A DNA stretch of 50,505 nt, counting the filler, from Bipalium vagum (lineage: Eukaryota), in the NCBI GenBank assembly GCA_037834085.1. It is 3 parts of 3 records of this genome, joined end to end, with 100 filler letters (N's around TTAATTAATTAA, not from the genome) between each part and the next. Parts side by side here need not be neighbours in the genome. Positions count along the whole stretch, not along the records: positions 17,280 to 33,240 come from JBBMKC010135768.1; 2 more parts are not named here. The stretch is one strand, 5' to 3'. The notes under the pieces are model-generated. The model saw only the letters and a list, made by a program, of their open reading frames with translations, was not told the DNA's origin and ran no database searches. Position numbers and translations under genes: made by a program. Positions 17,285-30,287 of the stretch are shown piece after piece. Within the stretch, counting starts at the first letter, position 1; each line of letters begins with the position of its first letter.

Positions 17285-18140
17285 CGCACAAACGCAACCT
17301 TCAACCGTTGAGACCTGAGAGACATTTAAGCTCCGACCTTTAACATCCTTTTTATCCATCATTATCCAGGATCTTAACACCTTTTTCCATGAATATTTGG
17401 TTTTGGGATGACTGTAGATCTTTGTCCACATGAAAGCCACTTCCTTTTACAATTGGAGTTGTCGTACATAACTCATTTCTCGTCCCTAGTTATGATAAAA
17501 TTCAGAAAATCTTCATCTTTTTGTTTAGAAATCAACGTGTCGCAAATTGAATAACGCTTCTTTTTTTGGTCATCGCTAAGTTCGTGAGGCCTTGCTTTCT
17601 TTACCAATCTTCTTTAAACTTCGGCGAATTGTTTCCCGATTGAATCCTAATTTCGAACTCATTTCAACGAGTGTTTGGTATGGATTATCTTCGATAGATG
17701 CCTTTAATAACCCCTGTGTCCACAGTTGGCTTCCCTGATCTTAAAACGTCTTCCAAATCAAAATTACCATTCCTAAATCGGGAAAACAATCTCTGACATT
17801 TTCTGATAGAAAGAGTATTGGGATAAATTTTGATGATTGACTTATTAGCTTCTGCTGCCGTTTTATCATGTCGAAATTCATATAGCATACAGTGGTGTAT
17901 ATGATTTTCATTTGGTGTTTCCTCTTCCAAACAGCTATAATAATACCAAATACGTGTCAAGAAGTTATGAATAACAATTATAATCGCTTATATGTAAACA
18001 TATTAAAGTAATGGTCATTTAGTAGAAAAATATTAAATTTTATCATAAAAATGTTACTATGTCAAAAATACAGTCTTAAGTTTCATATTTTATGGTATTA
18101 CATTTTAAAATTGAATACTTATTTTTATCGATACCGTATT
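17285..18140 (-). mobile_element. Decayed mariner, 5' half, truncated by an assembly gap
   Basis: ORF 17685-17960 reads HIHHCMLYEFRHDKTAAEANKSIIKIYPNTLSIRKCQRLFSRFRNGNFDLEDVLRSGKP. It is followed by PHELSDDQK (about 17590) and a degenerate IITRDEK first catalytic motif (about 17480). Confidence 0.88.
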
Positions 18141-19008
18141 AGAATTTATAATTACCTATAAATATCTATCTTAAGATAAGCGTCATATAAGGCTCATCTG
18201 AAATTAATCACAGAAATGTATTTCTACATTTGCATGAAGACTCAAAAAGAACTCCGAATCCATCTGAAACCCATATCTGTGGCTGAAGATATTTAGGTGT
18301 GAAGTCTTTCTACTTAGTTGTAGTATGATTGAAAATGATGTTCAGCTACTGAAGATAAAATGAATATTTTCGTCAGCATTAACAAATTATTCAAATAAAA
18401 TATTTTTCAAAATACGACTGAGGGGTGATATAGATCTGCAATAATTACTGTCACAAATGAGTTATTATAAGAAATTTATCTCAGTTTTATAATCAAACTG
18501 AGGAGTATTATTAATTACATTTCCCGATATATTTTTACTTCATAAAATGTGATATTCTGAAAAATTTTATAAAAAACCGATCATTGGTATAAAGATCACA
18601 AAATATATAGTGAGATTGGAGAATTCTAAGGGGAATAATTATTAATCAATATATACTTATTTATTCCTATACCTCATTCAAACAGATATCATGATAAAGT
18701 TTCTCAAACTATATAAAATTTTACAATAAACTCGTAGAACTTTGTTCTCTTATACAAAAGATGAATCAAACCAATTTCAACAATAAAAACTATTCAAAAA
18801 ATACTAAAACACATTTTTATTGTGAAATATGAAATTAAAAATCTATATTTACAGGGTCATATGTTACCTCTATATCAATAAAAAATAAATTATTTACAAT
18901 AATATGTATTATATACATAAATATTTCCATGTCAGCAAAACCACAATCACAGCAGTATGGTAATTGTTTGTAAAATTTTTGATCTGGCTACATAAATAGT
19001 CAATAGTT

Positions 19009-22000
19009 TCAAGAATCACTCTCAAATTCTCTAAGGCCCCATTTGTCAAATAATAATACAATACCTTCATATACCCCAATAACTATACAGGTATTGGGTA
19101 CTTGTCGAAGATAATGAGTAAATAAACCTCTATACAATCCTAATAAACCTTCTTCTTTAAATACAAGACGAATTGTTTGGAAGAAACCAGTATATTTGTT
19201 GCCTTCTTCTCTCAATCTTGTTCGGACAACTTCTGCAAAAAAATTAATAAAATTCGATATTTTTGGAAATCAACAAAAGCAATTGTAATAGTAACAATAA
19301 CAATAACAAAAAATGATAATACAACATAATAACAATTAATAGAAACAATCATACGATGGCATCATTTCACTGATGTCTGTCAGAGAACAAAATTTATTTC
19401 ACTAATGGTCTTATATTACCATTGAACACTAGATGAGTGTAGTCGATAGTATTTGATAACATAAGCTAAAATTTTATATAAAAAATTAAATCTACAAATA
19501 TGAAAACGAAATTTTAAGAGTATTATAAACAGAAAGAAATATCTTCCAAAAATGAAACCAAAATCTGATCTGCGGTAAAGAAAGAAAACCATTAAGAATA
19601 ACTTCATAACCTAAATGAATAACAGAATATATTTCAGCTTTAATGTCTCTAGAAAGTAAGAAATATATTTTCAACCATTCTCCCTTGAGAAAAATAAACC
19701 CTGTTATTATGAATTCTTATAACATCTGACACCATAATTATGAAATGTTTTAAGCAGTAACGCGGATAAAACGAATTCATTAAATTATCAAATAAATATT
19801 TTATGAATAATACCAAGATATAAAAGTATTATGTATATTATTTTATAAACATAAAAATCAATATTTAGAGAACCTTTCACATTTAAATTCAGTTATTATT
19901 TCATTACACTAAATATCAAATTAATGCAAAAGTAAACTTCCTATACATTAATAATAAGAGAAACCAAGAAAAAGCGGAAGTTGTCGATAAGATCCTTCAG
20001 TTGAATTAGTGATCATACAATATTTTATAATAAGCTGGACACAAAATACCAGTGTCTGTATTGTAATCTATAATGTCAAAGAAGATTCAAATTATCTTAC
20101 CATCAGACAATTCCCCAGTAGTTTCGTAATAATCATTATAAAGGATTTATTATTTATTGTAATAATTACAATTTTATACAGTTTTTTGACTATTCACTAA
20201 TATCATATATCATTATTTTTATTTTTATGAAATTATTTTTATCCTCACATTCATATTAGTGAAACAGGTTCTTTAAATATAAAACATGTAAAACTGTTTC
20301 TTATCTAAACCTTTTGAAAAATTACTATTGAAAATAAATAAGCAATAATGATTTTTCTACAATCTAATGATCTAAAATTTGCCATTATGGATATTATTAA
20401 ATTATAAAATTTAATATCCTTAGTTTGAGAAGCATGTCTTATTCCAATAAAGAAAAATAATCAATAAATCTCAAATAAATAACAAAAGTCAAAATGAATT
20501 GTTTCAAAAGATGATATTCTTAAGAAACTCAGAACACATTTTACATTATGAATTTCTGATATAAAAAAATTGAAAAAAAATCTTTATTTTAAAGTTCTTC
20601 ATTTAAGAAATAATAATTTAGGTTAAAAATATATAAAACTAATCTTATTAGATACAAAAAAATAAATCATAAATTACAATAAATAGTGAAATGATAATTA
20701 TATACCAATAAAACAATTGTTTTAAATTAGGAAATCGATTAATTTAATTTGAAAATAAGTACATTCTTTATAAAATATTTATTAGCTATTTAATAGTAGA
20801 ATGAACAATAATTTATTCACAATGAAGAAAAAGTTGATATTTTTGCTTTTAGAAGTTCTGATTATGGATCTTTGTGTCATAACAGATTTTTTTTTCGACA
20901 AACCAGAATAATAAGATGAAGTGAAAAATTGAAAATATGAAAGAAAGAACTTGGCGATGCAGAAATACATCAATTTGGAATCCATAAATAATGCTCTCAC
21001 GAAACGAATTTAATTATCCTATTAATATATTTGCCAAACCACTTTTTTAGCTATATAAGTACGTATCCAACAAAAATGAAGATTTTCAATCAAAGCAATC
21101 AATATTTTTGCATATATAAAGATATTTATTCATTTCAGACCTTTATTTTACAAATACAACATACATAACCAAACAGTGTTTTCTAACTGGTAATGAAAAA
21201 TTTACGAATCCCAATAAAATTTTGTATCAATATTTATATTTTGATGGTAAATCAAATGACAGGTATTAATGATATACTACATTGAAAATTTGATCCTTGA
21301 GGTCCAAAAAAGGATCAAATAATCATTAAAATTTAACAGTATCTTTATAAATAACGCCATTTGTTTTAAATGACAATTATTAATCATTCCAATACCAGGA
21401 ACGGGTATGTAAATTTCGCAGTTCGAAAATGATTTAGATTATTAATATATAAATAATATCTAAAAATACAAAGTTTAACAAATTTACCTTGTTTACATAA
21501 ACCAAAATTCTGAAAATTTTATTTCGAATTATTTTTGCTCATTTTCCATTTTGATAAATTGTAAATATAAATTTTAGTTAAGCATGTTTGACGTCTAAGT
21601 TAACCTGTTCGTTTTAGTTAAGGAAAATCATATTATAATACGATTTATTAACAGAAAATATAACTATCGATAAAAGACACATTCTAGAGATCAATCGAAT
21701 GGCCGTTAACCAAGTCTAAAAAAGGTAGTTTCCAAATTTTGCAACTTTTAGATTTATATTTCCTTCTGAAACACAAACTACTTATTTTCATTGATTTTTA
21801 TTGTTTGAATAACTCAAAAACACATTGCATAGTATTTGACACTATTTCCTCGCTTAACAGGCTTGCATATACATTCATATTTTTAGAAAAAAATACCATT
21901 ATTTTAAACTGAACATTTGTTATTTAACAGTTTGATTATTTGATATTTGATATGGAGAAAATTCTGATTTTTAAGACGTTGGGTTAATTTGAATAAAAAA

Positions 22001-25000
22001 TTTCTGCTGAGTATTGCGAAATATGTATTTTTCATTCTCATCTTTTACGTGGTCTTTCTTCCAATGAAGAAATATTTTCCTTATTACTTTTTATATTATT
22101 AATATCACTGGAAACACAAATTTAATGCGAATTCGATTATTCTGAGATTTCATTAGCACATCTAATATTCTTCATTTTTTTTGATTTCCGAGCATCATTT
22201 TTATGTTTATTAGACAGTATTCGTAACATTTCATTATAATTTTTTCTGAATATATATTTGACTGAAATGAAATAATCAAAAAGGTAAGCGTTCACGAATT
22301 TCAGATCAATCTGGTACTTAACTTTCCATTTTTTTATTTTTCATTCTTTCATATTTGTTTTGTATAAATAACACAATTTATTAACTTAAAAACTAATTTC
22401 TTTCAATACTCAAAATCTGGACAAGAAAAAGTCCGTGATTCTCTAAAATAATTATGAGAAAAATTCCAAAAAAAATTGACTTTACAAAATTATTAATAAT
22501 TCATAAAATTATTTATATTATATTCATATTACAAACTAATAAAAGTTTTATTCTCATTTTATTAACCCATTTCATTCCATAAGCCCCTTTGGGGATGTCC
22601 CTTTAGAGTGAAATTTACACTTTATTTGAAGATTTTACGAAATATAACTTATTTTTAATCATTGCAGAGACATATTTTAATTGCGCATTGATTGACTTTT
22701 ACTTTGCATATTTTTTCTTCTAAATTTTATCTCAAATTTGTAATATTTTCTATTTTTCGACTTTATAACTTTAAAGTAAGATTTGTTGTCTTTGTTTTAT
22801 TTGTAAATTTCATGTACAGTGTTTGAGGCATGCCATTCTAACTAAAATTAACTAAAATATGTGGTTTTGTGGGTTAATTTTCTAATTGTAGTAATATTAT
22901 TATGATAAGGTTTGAAATTTAATGTTTTCTAATTTGAATATAGCAACTTATAAGTAATACACCAACATTCTATGATCCCCAAATGGGACTAGTACTAAAA
23001 TCATAATAAATATTTTTTTAATTTTTATGAAAGTTATACATAGTCTTAATAGGGTCTATATCAACTATTATACAAATTACTTTGCCCTCTTGAATTCTGG
23101 AATGAAATGGGTTAAACATAAAATTAAAAATTTTCCAAAGTTGATCTTTTCAATTTAGCTAAATTTTGTTTTTATTTATATTAAATTATGGATCTGAAAT
23201 TATTAATATTTTTGCACTTCATGGTTCACAAAAATTAAGATAAAATTATTAAACAAATAACATAAGCAAAATTATTATTACATTTAAATATAAGTAACTA
23301 TAAAACTCTTATCAAAATTATACTATACGTCCGAAACACAGCTTTAACTCCCTGACACATTACTCAAAAACTAAAAAAAATTATATAACCATTACAGTTT
23401 AAGAATAGATTCTGAATCGAAATAAATAATATCAATAGAGAATAAATAAATAAACAAATTCACCAACCATGAGGGTAAGCTACAGTGGTAGCGAATGTTT
23501 TTGACAACATAGAAGCTGCCATACAAACGAACATGTCCGTAAAATGCTGCAGCTTAGAAATATGATTATGATCATCATTCGAAGTTGAGTTTTGAGTTGA
23601 AGAGTTACTGTGAAATTTGTTCAAAAACCTTATCTTTAAACTTTCATAGATCATAAAATTCATTCCAGTCTCAGATATTCCAGCGTATGAAGCAGTAACA
23701 CCACGATAAAAACCTCTTATTCCTTTTGTCTGGTACGTGTACTTGATAATTTTGAAAATTGTCAACTTCTTTTTTCCTGCTCTGTGGATATAATTCAATT
23801 AAATTAAAACAATAATGTTTTGAATAATCGGATTTCTTCGCAAAAAATATACTCAAAGATCTGATATCTCAACCAGATAGAAGAAGCTCTTTATTTTCAG
23901 AAATTTATAATACCATTTCTATCAATCATTAATTACTGATAAACATTAATACTAATACATCAATGTAAAGCTTTATTAAAAATTTTAAATCTCCAGTAAA
24001 AAAATTTAAGAAAATGTTGATTATTGCTGTAAGTATTACTCCCTAGTTCAACGTTTCAGAAATAAAATAATCTATAACTACGGTCAATTTATGTAGGCTT
24101 TTAGTACTAAAAGTTTAATTCATTAGACAAATTGGAGGATTGAAAACACCTGATAAATTTAAAACTAAAAATATATAATTAACTAACTTTGCTCCAATAA
24201 ATAAAATACTTTAATACATTTCAGACATGGAAATTGTTTCCATTCAGTTTAATAAAAATAAAAACAACAAGCAAATTTAAAGAGAATTGACTTTCATATG
24301 TCACTAATTGTAGTTATCTGGAGACCTCGTACTAAAATTGTCCAGAATAAAAAGATTAATATAGAAAGATGAATAGTGCGTACACTAGAAAGGTGTAATG
24401 TAAAATCTTGATCTGCGTTATAATATTTTTTCAATTTATTTTTAATGTTGTTCAATTCTGGAAATACTTTTATCAAAGATTTAAAGAGCTGTGATGATTA
24501 TTTTATTTATATGTAGACTTAAATACCGTTTAAAAGCACGTGAAAGGGTCTAAAGTTTGAAAAATAATATATAACAGTTGTACTTAGGCCTTTTCTATTA
24601 TTAAATATTTCTACTTCAATTTTTTTCTCTAAATCATTAAAAAAAATCAAATCCAATTAAATTCTACTTAGGTTTTGTACTAGTTTTTAAAATTCTAATT
24701 AATATTTTTCGAATTTAACCGTATAGATTAAATGACAAATGTGATTTTACGGTTTCTATGGATTTGATTAGAAAATAAAATATATAATACTACAATCATG
24801 ATTTTAACTAGCGTGGCTTTTTCTAAAATCTTCAATATTGTTAAATTTAGTTTTCAAAAATTATCATCTTACTTCAGTCATTCAGCATAACTCTTTCCTA
24901 TGTATTCTTTCTTTAAAAGTTTCCATGGTTATTATTTTATTAAATTAATTTTATGTGATCATCTGTTATCAATTTATAATACACTTTATCATAAGTAAAC

Positions 25001-28000
25001 TTTTGCGAATAATTTTTAATTAAAATCAAGTCTCAAAAAATAACCGATATTTTCAATCTAATCTGCCAAAAAACCCATTAAAATCTTTTGAAATTTTAAA
25101 TTATGAAAGATATTTTTGTGTTTTAATTTTTTTTAAAAGAGTACAGTATGTTAAAAGTTACATTATGAAACAATTATGGGTTCAAAAAAAATTCTTTCAG
25201 TAATGTTATTAAAAAATGTCTTAACAAAACTTGTATTAAGACAATCCAGTATAAATCGTGATTTTCATTCATGGTAATATTTATAAATGTAGTATAACAT
25301 ATATTAAACAGACTTTATTGAACAATTTTTATCTTAACTGTCATTTATGGACGAGATTAAAGTACTATTTTATCATGTATACACGTTTCAATATATGTTA
25401 TCAGTACAACTAGGGTGTGTTTCTGGGGTTGAAAATAATATAAGAAAATGTACAAAAACTTCTGGACTTTAATCTTACATAACCTTGTTCTTTTTGCCTA
25501 TAGCAAATTTAAAAACCTTATCATTTTTGGAAAGTTAATCAAATAATAGAACATTGAAGTAATTTTTTATCAGGTACAAATTTTAGAGATTGTTGAAAAG
25601 TTACAGAATTAAATGTAATTTCATTATCAAAGGTGATCATGTTGAAATCAAGCAAGCTTGTCAAAAAGAACACTTGTTAAATATTCTGTCCCATAAACCA
25701 GCATGCTACTTTAAAATATATGTATAGCACATGTTATTGACCTTCAAACTTTACACTATGACATTGCATTTGAGACTGATTTTAGTGAATATTTAAAATT
25801 ACGGAATTTAAATAATAATCAGAATAATTAATAGATAATTATAATTAATTAATAATCACATGGAAATTATTTATTATATCTAAAAAGTTCCGAAAATAAA
25901 CGGATATTAAAATTAAAATATTTCCTATAAAAAAATCCAGTGCGTTTTTAATCAATAAAAATATCCAATCAAAACTGTTTAATAGAAATATAAGATAAAT
26001 AAAAATTTTAAAAATAAGTCAATCAATAATAAACCTTATAAAAATGGCATTAAAAATTAACTTTATTAAAATGAAATAAACGTTTTTGTATTTAATTTAA
26101 TTATTTTTTATTTATGAAACTACATTTTAAAATTTTGCAATTTAAAACGAAATTGACATAACATTAGATTTTAAAAATATTTTATATTTTTATGTAAATA
26201 TTTTATTTTTATGTATTTATATCACAAAATTATTCATTTTAAATAAAGGTAATTATTTACTATTGGACTTATGTAAATAAATTCCAATTCCGTTCAAAAT
26301 TTATATATAAACGAAGGATTCAAAATTTCTGTAAAAATAGTAAGCTAGTTTCTTATTGGTGCTAATGAGAACCAGTCTTTTGAGACCGTTAAATAAGTAC
26401 TTGTGGGTAACAAGAAACAACGGAAGCATTTTTTATTTATTCTCTACAGAAAGGAGTAGAAAATTTTTAAAAACCACGATCTAGCAACATTGTTTTTTTT
26501 AGACAGAATTTCGCTATTTATTTTTATAAGTGAAAAATATTTCTATCAATAATGTTTGAATATTAAAATCAAATTTTTCAATTGAACTAGAATTCCAGTT
26601 CAAATGATGGTGACTATAAATTCCAACTAATTCACAGCATATCCAAAGAGAAAATACTAAACTAAATCTAGTGCTTTAAGAAAATGTCGGCGAGAGAAAA
26701 CGGTTCGCTAAATTCTGTAACTAATTTTTAGCTAAATACTTATCTGTTACATTAGCACCATTTTTAAAGACACTAGATTTTTCTAAAATTATCGATTTTT
26801 ATTAATAAGGTCCAAATGATTTTTCATAATTTACATTTTCAATATTGACTGATTTTTATTTCTTAAAAATTGAAATATTCATTCACCCTTTTAAAATCGG
26901 TTACTTTTGTGAATTACTACAGTGAATCAGAATTTTCGCTTTTATTTCATATCGATCATAACATTAAAAAAAATTTCAATATAAGACCACTTGATCCTGA
27001 TCGAAAACATTCTCAACAAAAAGCAAAGCTCAATAAATTCATAACATCATCTTTTTAAAAATATCTTTGATTTAATAAACGAAAAACATTCCAAAGATTA
27101 AGTGAATCTAAAAATTATTGATCAAGCAAAGTTAATTAAATCATATTAATATATAATTTGAAGAAATTGTGAAAATCAATAAGAAAATAACTGAAACTCA
27201 CCCGAAATCCAACTGAAGTCGCGTTTTAATAAACCATATAGGATTGGTAATTGTTGACGAAATGGCGCCTATCAAATGCTATTGGTAATTGATATCAAGA
27301 CAAAATGTAAATTTCAGTTTATACTAACGAGTTTTGTGAATAAATAATAATAATAATAATACAGACAATTCAATTAAAAAGCAGAACAATTTCTATTTTC
27401 AAATTCAATTTTTAGCAAGTCTATTTTAAAAAATTAACAATTTATGATTATTTAAAGCATTTTTCATGAAATTTTTATACTTTTTAGATAGTATTAGCTA
27501 CATCATTTCTAACTATATAAAAAGCCATTGAAAAATTATTCGAATTTCTGCAATATTAACGTTGACTAAAATTATCACAACAGACTCATCTTTGTAAAAA
27601 AAAGGATAAAAAATTCATAGGAAATCCTGCATATATTAAGGTGGGTTATAAGTTTTGGGTTAGCTGACAATAAGACGGATTGTGACCTGTGATGAAAAGT
27701 GGATCTTCTTCCGCAATCTCGGCGCCAGAAATAAGTGGTTGGACCCCGCGAACTACCACAACTCGTCAACGCTTTTAACATAAGATCATGTTGAGTGTCT
27801 AGTGGAATTTCGAAAGTTCAATTTATTTTGAATTTGTTCCTGATGGCCGTGCTATCAACCTCTACTCTCAAACAACTTGAAAAGATGCAGACAGTTGTGT
27901 CGAAAGTACCCGGATCTGATTTGTCGAAGACGAGTTCTCCTGCAGCAAGATAATGCCCCCGCCCACACCGTTCGTTTAACCCAGCAAAATTCTCAAGTGC

Positions 28001-30234
28001 TTGATAGAATCAAACTGGTTAATCATCCTGCATACTTGTAAGATCTTGCGCCTACTAATTATTACCTTATCAGGCCGATGGCCGATTTCCTTCGCGACAG
28101 AACCTTTGTCAATTTGCAAGACGTCGAGGTCGGGTCAACGAATTCTTCGAGTTGAAACCCGTTAAGTGATATCGGGCCGGAATCGAAAATTTAACCAAAA
28201 GATGGCAAAAATGCATAGATCACAATGGATTGTATTTGATTTCTTATTTTTGTACACTCTTCATATTTTGTTAATAAAAACCTTAAAAATCTATGACTCA
28301 CCATAGTAATATCCACAAATTTAACATTAAAAACACGTAAATAAAAAATATTTATATATTGTCTTACTAAAACTTAATGATTTGTCAGTAATCCATATGT
28401 ACTGAGTCTAAGTAATTATTATTGATTTTTAAAAAACTATTTGCAAACAGATTTCAAAATTATGAGAACCGTCAGAAAATTTTGACATTTTTGTAATTTG
28501 AAATTTACAATATAAATCAGTTTTTTTGAAAAGTTACAAATTTTGTTTAAAAACCATTTAATCAATCAACCAAAGTGCAACACAGTTAGTATGTGAAAAT
28601 GAGACCAAATTCTAAAAAGATTTTATTTCATTAAGACTTTACGCAAATAAACCAAATTGTGTAACACTGACTAGACTTTTACTTTCCAACTGATTAAATA
28701 TAAAATAAAATTCTGATTTTTTGAGTATATTTAAAGTTAAGATTAATCTATAAAAAGAATTTAATATATTGATCAAAATCTAGCACAAAATAACTCTAAA
28801 ATATAATATTTGATATTTATAAAACAGACAAATAATCAAAGTTACTCGATATGGCTGCAGAACAGAAGAAAACAGCGTGTGAATCTGGAACGAAGATCTC
28901 ATTGAAATGAGATTGGGCGTAATAATATGAGCTGAAATAAACGCTTCTAATAGAAATCAAAAATCATGTCAATAATGATATCTTGAAAATCACCTCGATG
29001 GAATCACACCGACCAGAGTCGGCCCAACTCCTTTGAAAAGACCAAGTTTGCCTTCAGTTGCAATTATCAATTTGATACTTTTTATGACACCAACACGTTG
29101 AGTTGTATGTGGAGACTTTAGAAGGTTCGAGACTGGAAAATATATTTAAATTAAAGATCAATCATTGTCATTGTATTTCCAGCACTTATAATTCTTTTCC
29201 ATTTGATTTAAGACTTTTTCCGTTTAATTTTGAGACCAGAAAAATTCGCATCCTTCTTCTTGTACAATGATTGGTTTTTTTGAAACAGAAAAATGATAAA
29301 TTTTCAATTTCAAACATGTTTACATTTAGTGAAACGTTTCACAATACTGAGCACATTTCAACAACGCTTATTATCCTGTTGAATCTTAGAATCGATATTT
29401 AACAGAAAATCTTAAAAATTTAAACAACGTTCTAATACATGAAAAAGAAAATCTTTATAATTCATTTTTATTAAGTATGCATTCAAAAACACATTCACAA
29501 TCAAAGCTGATATTTTGAGTATTGATTTATTTAATTTTTAAAATACTAAAATAGATCTTTAGACAAAAATATCAGTAAAATTTATTGTAAATCGTTATGA
29601 TTATTATTTCTATCATTAAAATATAACCAATTTCTTATATTTACATTTGATCAATTTCATATTATTTTTACTTAAATATCAATCTTATATGTCTATGGCT
29701 GTTAAGACACTGTTGAGACAAGAAAATTCTCGAATTTGTCAAATGATAAAATTAAACGAAATGCAATAAATCAACAATATAAATAAATTTTTTGAGAAAT
29801 TGTGAAATAAAAATAAATGAAACTATAACGTTTCCAAATTTACAACGCTGACTAAAAAGTATTAATAATCGATTACAGTTGAGTGAAAATTAAGCAATAA
29901 CTGAGTGACAACATATAACACTATAAGAATTCAAAGTTGATAGGGATCATGGAATACATTTATTGACAGAATAACCTAAACTATTCGATGCCAAATTTCA
30001 AAGAGAATATGAATACATCTTTTTTATATTAAGGAAACCGGAAACCATAATGGACTGATAATGATAATACTTATAATTGCTAACTAAACAAGATCGAATT
30101 AAATCATCCTCCGCAATTTTAATCAATAGGTTCTTAAAATAATTTTAAAGTTCATACGTATTTTAAAATTTATGAAGTTACGATTACCACTAAAATCTTA
30201 TTAAAGTTAAAGTTCTAAAGTTATTAAAATTAAG

Positions 30235-30287
<53 letters not shown>

